From Ptychomitrium polyphyllum (Eukaryota), in the NCBI GenBank assembly GCA_973851085.1, contig OZ316775.1, positions 22,940,001-23,004,000 of the forward strand: a DNA stretch of 64,000 bases, written 5' to 3'. The position numbers were made by a program, and so were the translations under genes. Position 1 is the stretch's first letter. Every line of letters begins with the position of its first letter. This document shows, piece by piece, positions 50,179 through 63,429 of this stretch. The notes beneath the pieces were generated by a model. The model made no database searches, was not told the DNA's origin, and was given only the letters and a program-made list of their open reading frames with translations.

Positions 50179-52544
50179 TCACTTGAACTTCGGCAGATAC
50201 AACTGAATTAGTTTTTTGAGTGTCTCTAGATTACTAGTAAAGGGGTTGAGTTCAACGCCCTTTTTGAGTCCAAGTGGCTGAAAAGTATTATCCAGCACAT
50301 TCTCAATGTCAGGATTCGCCATCGTTCCTTCCAGCTGTTCAACTGACGTTTCTTCGCAATCCTGAGGAGTGTCTATTATATCCTCTGCGTCGTAACCCAA
50401 TGTAGCCAGGACTGCCTTCTGTTTATCAATAAACTCCCGTCCTGGATTAGGTGTGCGAGAGTAAATCTGGTACGGGAAATTCCAAAACATTCTCAGATGC
50501 CAAACCACGCAGAATGGACGAAGAACATGTCCATCAGTGATCAGATTTTCAGCTCAAATTCAGCATTTAGAACAACAGAGTCCTATCATTGAAACTGGGC
50601 TACGTCCACCACTCAGATTATCTGAAAACTAATTGGCTTAATCAGTTGATGAACATGCTTATACAGATAGGCTACATGCACATAAAAAGAGCTCAAAAGT
50701 ACCTGTATAAAGCTGGCATCTTTAGCCCCTGACACAAGGGCATAATTGTCATAGTCAGTGTCAAGCACATTGTAAGGCTGTCTGGGAATGAAAGGAAGGT
50801 TTGGAAAACGCAAGTAGCACTTCTGTTGAACCATCTGCTTTCTTTCAAACTCACTAATCTTGAGCTTAGCGAGCTCTCTATCTGTTACGCATTGAACTCT
50901 GCCACGAATGCCAGTAGTGTAGCCTGTTGGACTCCCGTGTACACAAAATGTTTCCACCTATAACACCCCATCGCGGAATCATGAAAAATGTTTAACAATG
51001 GAGCTCAACTGACACGACTTTTACTAGTAGTTCAACTACCAAGAATTCAAAACTTTCTGGTTATGTAAATAGAAAATCACGTGTCGTTTCCACATGTCAT
51101 TGCCAAATATAAGCCAAGGTATTCCAAATTTAAAGGTACTGACGTATTAAACCGAATTAGCTATTTGATGAGCTGGGTGACATTGAAACGAAATGTTGGA
51201 TATTTATAACAGCAAGCAAAGGAGAAAATATAAAACGATGTACTAACCTCGATAAACTGTGTAGCTTCATTGTAGCTGTAAATGCCCTGCGAGCAAGAGA
51301 ATATCAGTTTAAGAATTTCAAGGAAATAAGAAGGCACGCAAATATCTGGGGAGTTGTTACAGTTTCCATGAAGTGATAATAAGATCAGAACTGGTATCAT
51401 ACCTGTGTGCAATGGCAGTCTCCTTGACCCTGGCCAGCAAACCCGAGTTTCAGAGACGCAACTTCATACCAACGGCCTGCATAGCGTGCGGGGTTAAAGT
51501 TCTTCATTGTCATTCCTGCTGATATTACCAGAGGACCTTCGCCTTCACTCCCAGATCCTGGACCCAGGTTCAGTACTGTGCTTTCATCAGGCTCAGCCGC
51601 AATCTCACACAAGCTCCTAGGGCTCGGTCTCAGCTCTGCAAGTGCCACCTGTAGCAGGTCACCATGACGGACACGATTATAAACTATATCTGCTTAACCC
51701 CACTGACTAACACTGCAAGAATTCGATGAAGTAGTTTTGTCGAGCTTGACCTAAATTAGTCCTGTCCAACGGAAAATCAACAATGAGATCTCTGTTGGAA
51801 GAGCAAACATGATGTGTATGTCGAACATTAGCCAGGACTCTTAAGGGCTCATCGGAACCATCAAAATTTATTGGATTAGAAGATGACTACCTAATTTCCA
51901 AATTCTCATCATTTTGTAAAAACAGGCAGCAAGGGCTGATTTTAATTCAGCAACTAGTTTAATATTTACCTCACTCCTGTCACTCTAGTATTGTGCTTGA
52001 AAGGGATAACCCCCACATCATGGAATATAGAACAGAGGACATCTTTCCAAGAAACCTCTTAGGTATTAAGTTCAGAATAAGAAGGTTTCGTCAGCTGAGC
52101 AGTACTTACACCAAGGAGAATAAATAGCACCTTGTAAGCTAAGATTATTACCTCGTCACTGGGAGCGACTAGCAGCAAAGCAGCACCCGTCGCCACTAAA
52201 GCAGATTGAACAGATTTAAGCAGCGTGCATCGCACTTCGACCACCATTTTCTTGGCAGTGGGATACTCATTTCTGTCGTACAATGCACAACTTGCTATCA
52301 AGCACACCAATATGTGACTCGGTTGGTAATGTATTTGAAGCAGCTAGAAGGAGGTCCTAATATTGGAAGCAATGTTGTATCAAAACCTGAAACTCATTAA
52401 TCCATTATCTGTCTGCAAACTGTTATTGTATGTTCCTAGACAGCACTGCTGTTTGCACATAACGCTGGAAGTACAGCCACACCTAAAAGATGGGCTCCGA
52501 TGCACAGTGGTAAACGAGGATCCCAACATTGCTGACGATGTCAT
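50179..52544 (-). CDS. CHL: Chloroplast lipocalin
   Basis: GMTMKNFNPARYAGRWYEVASLKLGFAGQGQGDCHCTQGIY, VETFCVHGSPTGYTTGIRGRVQC, KCYLRFPNLPFIPRQPYNVLDTDYDNYALVSGAKDASFIQIYSRTPNPG, DTPQDCE. Ser/Thr-rich transit peptide from the ATG at 52544 and a hydrophobic lumen-targeting segment. Confidence 0.92.
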
Positions 52545-53390
52545 AGCTATGGCCGGTCAACCACTGGGACTTTAAGGATCCCTCTCCAGTCTCCGAAGAT
52601 GTTTGATCTTCCACCTTTAAATTCAAATCGGATCCTTAATATGCAGGTACTACAGCACACGTATCACAAATGTTAGCAATTGTAAACCAATCCATTTTAC
52701 AGCTTTTGAAACCCCTACTTCAATATTACAAATCGATTTCTGATTAGGTTAGCAACGATAGCCAAACAGCAGATCCATAAATGCATCACCATCCATTACC
52801 AGAGATGATCATTCCATGCAAAGCTGAACTATGCATGACTCTAGAATCGACAAATTCAAGTGCAGCACAAGACGAAACTGCCAAGACCACTAAACTAAAG
52901 CACGGGTGAAATATTAAGTGTTCCATGTACCAGGAAATAGCCGCGCTGTGTCTCTCCTGCTGTCAGGTCTTCAATCTGCAAAAGATGGGTGTAGCAATTG
53001 TTAGCCATACGCCATCGTCTAACCTCTCCAATAAACTGAAACAAACCTCCAATCAATCTCCCAAGTCAAAGAGAAATCACAAGCACCAACGTCAGAATGC
53101 TCCTGCGTATTGCAAATTCAGTACAAAATTCTTCACACTCGCAACGCTGTTCGAAATTCATCCCACCGAACATTCAGAAAGTTTCGACCTCGAGCTCGTG
53201 AGCAACTTACCGATCGTTCCTGAAGGTCATAGCGAAGGCAATGTTACGCAAAATTGCATGGAAACGTGAATCAAGACACCATGGCCATCATCCCCAGAGC
53301 GCAACAACGATGGCCAACGGCACAGTTTAGAGAGACCTATGACCGTGGGAGCATGGCAGTTCTATCCACTTTGTCCTCAACAACAGTCTG

Positions 53391-53415
53391 GTGGACCCAC
53401 GATTGTGGTGGACCC
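53391..53415. promoter_or_regulatory. Two TCP-like sites (GTGGACCCAC, GTGGACCC) in the CHL/LHCA5 divergent promoter
   Basis: Match to the GTGGNCCC / GGNCCCAC consensus about 100 bp upstream of the LHCA5 ATG. Function is inferred only. Confidence 0.35.
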
Positions 53416-53509
53416 TGACCAGGTCACGAGAGCGTCTTTCATTCACAAAGTCCCTGTTTGAGGAACCTCGACCGCACACAAGCAGCAAATTTAGAGCGAT
53501 TTTGCAGCT

Positions 53510-56112
53510 ATGGCGCTGCTCTCTTCTGTTGCTTCTGCTGCCATTTCACTGGTGGCAGCAGCGCCTTTCACTGTCCCCTGTGCGTCCTGGAGAAATGGCG
53601 ACTTGGGACGCTTCTGTGCGCCAGGAGTTGGTCGAATTGTGACAGGCGCAGCCGGGAAATGCAGAGCACAGGCCGAGGCGGCAGCAACAGCAGCGGAGAC
53701 TCCCGCTCCCGCTGTCACTACTGGTGCAGAGCGGCCCTTGTGGTTGCCGGGATCCACTTCCCCGGTGTACCTTGATGGAACGTAAGTTGCAGTTTCCCAA
53801 CTTCATTTGTTACAAGAATTGTAGTTTTGGAGCTATTGGTCTTCGCAATTTTGTTATGAGCTGCCTGCAATGTGGGACTTTGAGAGGAATTTTGGTTTAT
53901 TGAATATAGTTTTTGAGGCATCACGTTGCGTAATCAATCGGAGGGAAATGATCCGAATGTTTGGATGTCCACTATGGAGGCATTTGTATCAAATTGCGTT
54001 GGCTCCAGTATTGCCGATTGTGGCTCGCACACAGCTCCGACGCTAGAAACTTTTAATCTGCTTATGTTTTGTTGAAACTAATGGCTGTGCTGCTTTCTGA
54101 ATATTATTTTCTTCGATTTTTGTTAAGACAGAAAAATCCTCTTTCAACTCTCTGCATTTTGGAAGTTAGTATTTAAGGACAGCTTTTTGTGACGGAGGGG
54201 CGTTTTGCGTATTGACGGATAGTATAAGCTCATTGTCCAGCGTGGGGCATTTGATCATGTCTGAAGTATCCACTTCGAGGAGAGTAACTGAATGTGAAGT
54301 TCATTCCTCTAAATTTTATGCTAAATAATTCTCTCACTCATCAGTGAGTTTTTCTGCTCAACATATGAGCCTTTGAGAGAGGATCACTCCATTTCGAAGT
54401 TGAATGGGATACTAGTCTGAGAGGAAATCGATTGCAGATGCCATTTCTCTTAATAGGTTCCCTACACTGCCTTTGGTATTTAATGCTGCCTTCAAAAGAA
54501 AGCTACCTGAAGCTATGACGTTGTGGTAAAGAAATATCCATGGCGTCGTGTACCTTTATTTTAGAAGGAAACAGTAGTATCACATTTAGCATTGTCATGC
54601 TTAGAAGTTGGAACATGCGCATTTGCTGATCTGGTCCAAGAATCCCACCATTCTGACTGAGCGTTGATGGTGAGAGTTGGGAATTCATGTAGCACTGAGT
54701 AATCATATTATCAATTGTCGTGTATAGGTTGGCAGGTGATTTTGGATTTGATCCCTTGGGGCTTGGGTCAGATCCCCGGGATCTACGATGGTACGTGCAG
54801 GCCGAGCTTGTGCATGCTCGCTTTGCCATGGCGGGTGTCGCCGGAATCCTCTTTACTGACGTATGCTCCCCTCCTAAACTGATTCCATATGATGATAATC
54901 TAGTCTTTCCGAATATGAATTCTATTGCTGTCGCTTTTGCTAAGAAATTACTTGACTTAACCGAATAAAGTTGGCCTAATCACATGAAATATTCTTAATG
55001 TAAGGAATATGTTTGACATTCAGTGATGGTTTGTCAAGGAATGAGATTTACTTTGAATGATTATGTAAGCGGATTCATGTATGAGGATTCCTCATCGCAT
55101 CTCAAATCGTTGAGATGAAACGTTCCTACAATTTTTTGTACTTGCATTCTTACAAAACGTCTTGGTGTACAGCTTCTGCGTGCCACTGGAAGGACTGATG
55201 TTCCGTTGTGGTATGAAGCGGGTGCCCATAAATTTGATTTCGCAGACACCGAAACACTTTTTGTAGTACAGCTTATTCTAATGGGGTAACTTCCTCTCCT
55301 TTGTGATATTTATCGCAATGCTGAATTCAGTTTTTCATTTTTGTGGCAAATGTTCTCTTTTTGCAACCAGAAGCATGTGTTCGTGTGTTTTCTGACCAGC
55401 ACTAGATTGTGTGACATAAAAATACTAAATCTTGTGAAGCTGTTTACAGCTTTGTAGAGACAAAAAGATGGATGGACTTTGTTAGCCCTGGTTCTCAAGC
55501 AGCAGAAGACTCCTTTTTCGGTATTGAGCCAGCCTTTGAAGGTTTAGATAATGGGTGAGTATTCTCAAGAATGTAATGAAACCTTTCTTTGCGATGAAGA
55601 CCCGTAAGGCACTTGTAGGATCATACATCTTTCTTGAAAGGCTTGCTCGTCTTAACTTTGGTTGGTCTTTATAAGGTTTTAGCCAAGCTACTTTTAGGTA
55701 ATTCTCTGTCGTACAGGTACCCTGGAGGTCCCCTTTTCAATCCGTTGGGTTTTGCAAACGACACTAGAAAGTCTCAACCCCTGAGGTGGAAAGAGATCAA
55801 GAACGGTAAGCAACCTCCATACTCTACTTCTAGAGAGAAAGTCGAAGTTTCCTTTCACTCAAGCCTTCAAGTCTGTTACAGCTGTTTCATTCGACCTTAG
55901 ACTGTAATATTAGATAGCCTACTGTCGAATGTTGGGTGCAGCTTGCTCACAGCTGTGTTTGTCTCCCTTGTGCAGGCCGGCTTGCGATGGTGGCAATGGT
56001 GGGATTTATTGTTCAAGCCTACGTCACAAAAACCGGCCCTGTAGAAAATCTTATGACTCATCTCTCTGACCCACTGCACACAACAATCATTCAGATGATA
56101 GCAACTCATTGA
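53510..56112 (+). CDS. LHCA5: Photosystem I light-harvesting protein LHCA5
   Basis: RPLWLPG...[18 protein letters not shown]...[77 protein letters not shown]. The [17 protein letters not shown] and [10 protein letters not shown] motifs match Lhca5. TGA at 56110-56112. Confidence 0.9.
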
Positions 56113-57528
56113 TCAACAGCTGCTTGTAATGTTAGGCTCTGGAGGTCCAGGAATTCCTCTTAGTGCGCTTACTGCGAGAGTATATGCAAGGTAAAGATAT
56201 TCACCTGCCAAGCATTGTTTGCAAATAGTGACAATGATTTTCTAGGTTGCAGTAAGGCACTTGGTTTCGGACAAATAGGAAGATTGAACTGCATTAGACT
56301 TCAGTGAAGCTCGTTCACGCGTGAGTGCATCTTGGGGAGGACTGGTAGGGACTACAGTACAGCTGGATTTATGACTGGAAGAGGCAATCGAACGTTAATC
56401 GATGTGATGCGATGAAATGGGTTTTTGAATATCATAGGTAATCGAAAAGCTTGTACTTTCAAAAGTAGTCGTCCATAACATATTGGAAGTGAACAGAAAT
56501 TATTATTTTCAGATGATTGTTTGCTGTTTGTTCTAATGTGGATAATGCTTACAGAATATATTTTAAATTTGTACCCCAAATCCTGCATAACTCACAACGT
56601 GACATCTTAGTGTATATAAATGTTGGATTCTCCTTTTAAAACATAATGACAGTTTTCAAGCATCGTGAGTCAAGGCAAAGGAATCCTGGAATACCAAGAC
56701 GTGCAAAGCAGAGGGATGATTGGAATGATGAAACCACTACTGTACTGGACCTGTGATGTCAGCGCGGGTGTGTAATATCTTAGAAGTTCGCCAAAATTGC
56801 TGCTTCCCTGCTTGAATCTGGCGGAAGCTTCGAACAAATTGAGGGTCAGATTCATACATACTGTGACGAACTTATCTGTTGCTGGAACTCCTGGTTTCTG
56901 GGGAATTACTACACACTATTCCAAGGGTGTATCAGATGCTACTTTCAGCTGGCTAGTCAACAAAGTCGATTGTTCTTTAGACTGCCTACTGTGCCCTTTC
57001 ACGTTATGGATTCATGTTTAGAACGTCCTTTCACCTGCCCCGATTACCTCAGATGGGTTATGCAACCATCTGTTGTTCAAACCATCATTATCTACTGAAT
57101 GACGGTTGCTACGTGAAGACTTGAAGTATTCTCTGGAACCAGACGCAAATGAAGGATATGCAAGACAGACGTGATAAAGGTGTCGTGTTGTTCATCAACA
57201 AATTTTCAACAGTCCCAAGAACATCCCGTCTTACAATTTTTTACCCGCCTATAATGGGTTCATAATTACACTCACAATTAAATGAAACTGCATCGTTTGT
57301 AACAAAAATTCGGCACCCCAGCCACAAGAATGTTCCGTTGGCAACTAACCTAATAATCTAGCAACCCATCATGAGTCTCCTGACTTATACTCTAAGAACT
57401 AACTTAAATTACATATCTAGTTTACATGGAACAACCTTAACACTGAGACAAACTATGTCCTAATAATGGACGTTGCCTCCTTGTTTACTCCTCTCTTCAT
57501 GAACTTTCCGAGCTGCCTCTCACAGTGG

Positions 57529-58839
57529 TCACCGGGCCTGCATTGTACTTGTAAGAAGGTCCTTGGATGCTTTCATTTTGTCGTCCCATATCTGAGAAGA
57601 CATTTCTATCTGCAACAAAGTCATTGATACTTTGCTCATATCTGGTCTCAACTCGGGAACGGGATCAACACAGCTTCTTGCCAATTGAGCAGCCTTAAGA
57701 GCACAATCTAAAGGAAACCTATCCCTAAGCAGAGGATCAATCCAAGCTCGAAGCCTGCTCTTGGGATCCCTTTCTGCACATATGGATATTATAACTTCCG
57801 TGAGGAGAGTTTTCTTCATTTGAGTTGCACCCACATTTGCCTGAAAGCTGACGGGTTCCTTGCCTGATAGGATCTCTAACAAAATCACTCCGAAGGCGAA
57901 AACATCCAGCTTTGTAGTAATCAAACCTCCAGAGACGTATTCGGGGGCCATGTAACCGTGGGTTCCTGTAATCTTTATGCTGTGGGAACGCCGCAGTACG
58001 CGCTGGGGTTTCTTGCCATTCAAATCATTATCCACTTCTTTCACTTCCCTGATCTCTCCCTCCTCGGGTAGAGCTTTGAGCTCTTCGGGTAAAGCCGACT
58101 TGATTTTCACTTCTGTAAACCCTGTTTCACCCCTTATTCTTGCAATACCAAGGTATGCTATTCTGACATGAAGGTCATCATCCAAAAGAATATTGCTGCT
58201 CTTCATGTATTTGTGTAGAGTCGGCATGAGTGTATGGTGATGCAGGTACTCTAATCCCTTGGACACTTCCAGGGCCACCTGTATTCGTGACATCCAAGTG
58301 GGCAATGCCGAAAATCCGGGGGAGTGAGTACTGTGAAGGTATTGCCTCAAGTTTCCTCCATTGATGTAATCATAAACGAGGTAGACATGATCCCCGTTCA
58401 TACAACCCCCAAGCAGTCTCACCAGATTGGAATGATGTATACTACCCAAGTTCTTAATTTCTGCTACGAAGTTGTTGCTCCCTGCCACACCTCCTCTCTT
58501 GTCCACCACAATAGCCATGTCCGTCTTCTGCAATTTTCCTCTGTATACCGAAGCGCCCACTTTCTTTGACGGGCTAAAATTCTCTGTAGCTTTACAAAGA
58601 TCTTTATACTGGAAAATTATAGGGCCATCAGAAAGCATCTCCCGAATGTTAGTCAAAGAAGTTGCACTGGCAGAGGAGAGACGCGATTCTTTACTAGAGT
58701 TGGTGGTGCTTTTACTAATGGTCAGTTCCAGGCTACTCTCATCAGGCACCTTAAGTCTTGGCCTGGTTTTGGAGGTCGGAGCTGCTTCAGAGGCCGAGGG
58801 CGGTTGCTTCTTCAGTTTCGCCCTTTTCACCAGACACAT
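57529..58839 (-). CDS. LysM-RLK-related receptor-like cytoplasmic kinase, predicted pseudokinase (no ectodomain or transmembrane segment), single coding exon, 436 aa
   Basis: FQYKDLCKATENFS, HHSNLVRLLGGC, WMSRIQVALEVSKGLEYLH, GTHGYMAPEY, KLDVFAFGVILLEILSG. The likely start MCLVKR at 58839 lies just after an acceptor at ~58865. Confidence 0.88.
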   Translation of the reverse strand: MCLVKRAKLKKQPPSASEAAPTSKTRPRLKVPDESSLELTISKSTTNSSKESRLSSASATSLTNIREMLSDGPIIFQYKDLCKATENFSPSKKVGASVYRGKLQKTDMAIVVDKRGGVAGSNNFVAEIKNLGSIHHSNLVRLLGGCMNGDHVYLVYDYINGGNLRQYLHSTHSPGFSALPTWMSRIQVALEVSKGLEYLHHHTLMPTLHKYMKSSNILLDDDLHVRIAYLGIARIRGETGFTEVKIKSALPEELKALPEEGEIREVKEVDNDLNGKKPQRVLRRSHSIKITGTHGYMAPEYVSGGLITTKLDVFAFGVILLEILSGKEPVSFQANVGATQMKKTLLTEVIISICAERDPKSRLRAWIDPLLRDRFPLDCALKAAQLARSCVDPVPELRPDMSKVSMTLLQIEMSSQIWDDKMKASKDLLTSTMQAR

Positions 58840-60779
58840 ACTGGCTTTTGAGGTAGAATGTTTCCTGCACATGCACAGAAATCCGCATTTGTCAGCATTT
58901 CTGGAAGTAATGAAATGCAAACCGCGTCAACCAACCAAAGATACACATAATACTCAAACTTACAAAACTTTAACAATTTTCAAAGGAATCGAGTTCCAAC
59001 AGTTTTTCTCTCAGACTAATTTGCAGTTCAGAACGTACACCGTGCAGCATCTTTAGCATTGTTTCTAGTGATGCATACAAAGTACTGCTCACAATCTTAG
59101 AGTTATTATACGTCGCCAAAGTAGGACCTGGTGTAGAACTACATCTCATCTTCAAAAATGTCGATCATCAAACAGATAAACATTTGCGAGAACTATGAGC
59201 CGTAGGTCGCTGTGTCACACGAACTGTTTCGTACACACAACTCAAGTTCCTGAACCTCGCGCGACGTAAAATGCGAATTAAGAAATTTTGTCGGACGCAG
59301 TTTTCGCGATAAACGAAATAAGACAGCCTGGCCTTTCACAATTGAGGCACTCTCCTTCACCCACTCCAACGAGACCCTTATCAATTGACCTGGTGCAGCG
59401 TAATCTGTGTGATTTCATCCACTATGTAAGGATCTTTCTCAGCCGATATCCTATTGAAGAGATAATCATTCTTTCTTAGATCTTAAACAAACATCAACAC
59501 TTACCCCAAAATATCACATACCTGCAAAACTAAGAAGCCCACCGTTCCTTCTGCAGTTGATCCAGAGCGCAAGTCCAGCACGGACGAGTCTTGAAACGGT
59601 TGTGCATGTCCACGCAAACTCTCCCGAGCGTAGCATCCCGACCACAAAGAACTTGCGCTCAACGCTAGCGGTCAAATATTACCCGCTCTAAGAGCCGTCT
59701 TCTACGTAATATTATGGTAATCACAAAAATCTCCCCTTAACTTGCTTCTCCATGTCAAATTTAAACTTCCGAGGAGCCAAGACTGATCGATAAGTTAAAT
59801 GGCCACAGTGATCATCCTTAATTTATTCGCTACGTACTTCCAAGTCAAGCACTGGATGATGTATAGTAAGACCCTGTTACTACCAGTCCAACACTCAGTT
59901 ACGGACACTTTGGAGACTCAAAACCGCTAAATTTAACCTAGACTTCGGCCCGTATAAACCCTGAGCAGATAACCAAGATTGCCGTCCCTTCATCGGCAGT
60001 CAAACAAGTTGCGGCGATGATTAATTCTCTAACTTTCTTTGACAATGCAAGGTCACTACCGCAGACCGTCCCTTCTTCAAACTTATCAAGACGGAGAAAC
60101 CAAATGCCTACACACCATAAGGCAACAGAACAGACAGCTACTCATAAACAAAAACTTTCGTTTTTCGAACTCTCGCTAAGTATCTCTTCGCAACTTCAAA
60201 CTTCAAAGATTGAACCACAGCACTCTGAGATCCCGACCTTCACAGTCAGCAACCTTTACCTCACAACAAGCTAACAGACTGTCGTTCGAATTTGTCAGAT
60301 TGCACGAGAAACCTCCTAGACAAGCTCTCTAAAAACTCTCTGAACTTCGCATATCATACTACTAAATTAGAACATCCTCAAGAAAACTTCTCTGCCCTAG
60401 GATAAGTCCTCAAAAACCAAAACCATGCATCTAGAAATGAAGTAGTTGTCTACTCGTGCAGATTGGCACATTAGATCGACTAAAATTCCACTTCAAAATG
60501 CACCTATTAACATAAAGACTCCACCACCACCACATCATAGCTCTTCCTCACTTCACCTCGTCAACGTCATCAAGTTCGCCGTCAACTAACACCATTTCCA
60601 CTAGGGACCCTCGTTCACCACTTCCGCAGAGAACTCATGCATGGCACAGCAAGACCCCAGTGTCGTACAAAACCTACAGCCACATCTCCGGCACCAGCTT
60701 TACACCCAGGTTTGGGCCAAAACCCAGATTATGAATATGCAGAGCCAGACTACATGAGGTGGCAGCTTTATTCTCCACC

Positions 60780-61260
60780 TAGATGGCAACGCATGGAGCT
60801 TTGGAGCCGGGTCGGGGCCAAGGCAGAAGTGGAAGACGCAGGAGAGCGCGTTGCAGGAGGGGGTTTTGGGGGGGGGGGGAGGGGGGGGGACACGGAGAGA
60901 CTGAGAATGACCATCCTTGGTTGGAGCAGCGCAGGCGCGTACACGGGGAGTGGAGTCCAAGCGCGAGGACAGGGACGGAGCGAGTGCCCGCAACGGCACC
61001 CACTGATGCCATTGTCTGTGACGCCGCTGCGACGCCACCGGACCGCATCGCGACAAAGCCGACTGATACTGTGTGCGGCCAGGGGCCAGGCCCCCCCCCG
61101 CCCGCCCTCAGCGGCTGTGCCTGCGTGGGACGATGGTGCTGTCCATGCACGGGTGTCCGGGTATCGCCGTCCACTGCGGTGGGGTTTTGCTGCGCACCGG
61201 CCGCAGGTGAGCAGCCATCTGTTCCCAGGCTTGTACTGTACGTGATACGGCTTCGGCATT
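60780..61260. other. GC-rich island with G/C homopolymers; probable promoter or 5'-UTR region
   Basis: Sharp local GC increase, G runs at ~60867-60889, and overlapping low-complexity ORFs with no recognisable motif. Confidence 0.4.
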
Positions 61261-63429
61261 CCCACCGGGACATATACTTGGGTAAGATGAGGCACTCTGA
61301 CTCTTTAGTGCTAAAGGCCACACTGGAATCAGAATTTCAGGTCCTTGTAGTGAAATTTGATAACCTGCTGTGCATATTGAAACTGTAAGCCAAGTTTTTA
61401 CCCTTTCCACCAATATATGCAACGCATTTAGTGGAAGCCCCTATGTGGCATGACAATCACTTGACTAGGGGCTGGTGGTGGTCTGCGCAGGAAACTGACC
61501 TAGAATCAAGGAAATCAATACACATCCCTTGTGTAGCACTACAAGTGCACCAGCTTGGAAAGTTGTAGAGTCTTTTGTATACCAGCAGCTCAGACATATA
61601 CAACTTGAAATTAATGGGTGCACATTAAGATCAAGTAGGTGCCTATCTCAAATAATGTAACAAGGATAGAGGGCAAGGTGTTGAAGCTATCATTACTCCA
61701 TGTTGTTGTAGGCTGAAGAAATATTAGATTGCAGCATAAAGTTTGCAAGGAACAGCACCGGCATAGGTACTTGATCACTAACCAACAAGTTTGTGGGGAA
61801 AAGCCCCTAAATTTCAGAAGTTTGCCCAGCAAACTAACATGATCCCCCACTCCCGAGTGGTTGCTGTTCGTTGTGTGGATGCTTGGGTCATATATTTATT
61901 TGTATAGTTTCCACTAATGGAATGCTTTCCCATGGAGCCAGATTAACACTAGCCTCAAAACCACTGGACAATATGAATCGAGTGAAAGGCATGGTGAAGT
62001 TACCACTGGGATTCAGCTGTGATGATCCAAGATCATGGTTGACAGAGCTCTCAGGTCGTCGTCACTGCTGGCTACTAGGAATTCTGATGTAAAATGAAAA
62101 CACACAAATATTATCTAATGCACCAAATTCCAGAGTGTAGAAGTAATTTAAATATTCAAAGTGCACTTTCACATCTTTGTGACTTTTTGCAGTTTGAATA
62201 ATCAAATTTCAACTTTACTTTGTTCTAAACTATTTGAAGTTGCAAAGTTATTCAAAAAATCCCTTTTTTGCCTCAATTTTTCTGTTTCTTACCTCACATT
62301 CACCGCTTTTTTCAAAACCAGAAAGTAGCCATGTCTTGTTTGGTACTCTTTTCGTCCAGCTTTTTTTAACAAATATCAGATTTCGAATTGCATTTATAAT
62401 ACGTATATGTACTTTCGAAGAAATACGAGAAAAATCACATCACATCAAAAGAGAAGTAAATGTGAACTACAAAAAAATATCTCATTCTCTGAAAAAAATA
62501 ACAAAATTTAAATGTCCCCTATGGTTCACTTTCTAGTGCTTTCACTGTGTTCTTGAAACCAGAGGAAGATAGAACAATAGCAATTGCACAATCTGTATGA
62601 GGACTCTACTAATGTTGACGATGCCTAGATTGTCTCCTGATCCAATTCCTGTTTCATCACTCAGCTAGTGTTGACATTGTGATTGCATATTGAAAGAGTG
62701 GAGTGAGTTGGAAGGTGAAATCCAATAAGAAGTGTGCATCCTATTTGGTTGCAGAAGACACACACTAACTCCATCAATTGACCTCCAAAAATTCATTAAG
62801 TGGTGCAGCAAGCACCTTGTCCAAAATAAAGTGCCTAGTACCTCAACAGATAACAATTTTGTTTTATTGGGAGCCACATTCATTAGTGTGTGAAAATACT
62901 GCATGTTTGGTGCTTACAGTCTCTAGAATATCTAATAGTGTAAGGTCCCAAAAGAATTTGTAGCGCCACATCGGCAGGACTCTATTCACAAACATCTAGG
63001 ATGCCTTGAAAGGAAATTTTATTTTTGCCAAAGTAATCAATAAATATTTTTATCGTACTTATTTTTAAAAGGCAACTTGGAAAAGAAGAAAATACTACTG
63101 GTCGTTAGGTACTGGCTTCCTCTTCATTCCTCTTGAACTTACCACTATGCTTCACCTGTTCTGCTGAAATTTCATTAGGAGGTATTCCACTATGAATCAC
63201 ACCTGACCTGCACTTCTGAGGGCTTATCAAGTTCACGGCTTTCTCTACTTCAATTGGTCAGGTTTCCCTTTCTTTGTTTCTGGATCCACCCTGGACCATA
63301 AGCATGATTTCTTATGCCTTTTATAAAAGATTCTTTAATGTCATTTTGAAATTGGGTATAACGTCAAAATGAATGTGTCTCCCACTCCACATTCGTTCAA
63401 AATCATCTTGTCATCAGAATCACATCATA

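Noticed and set aside
58840..58920. N-terminal extension MHFITSRN... of the kinase ORF given in the ORF track
   Set aside because: It starts at a non-ATG codon inside a probable intron (acceptor ~58865); the ATG at 58839 is preferred.
58472..59056. 194-aa plus-strand ORF, and similar antisense ORFs over PRS, the maturase and LHCA5
   Set aside because: Shadow frames opposite real coding exons.
60637..61422. Six overlapping ORFs of 104-202 aa on both strands
   Set aside because: Expected in a GC-rich island with few stop codons; no recognisable domain, so more likely promoter or UTR.
62580..63300. Coding-like minus-strand sequence with scattered stops
   Set aside because: No family recognisable; needs BLASTX before any call.
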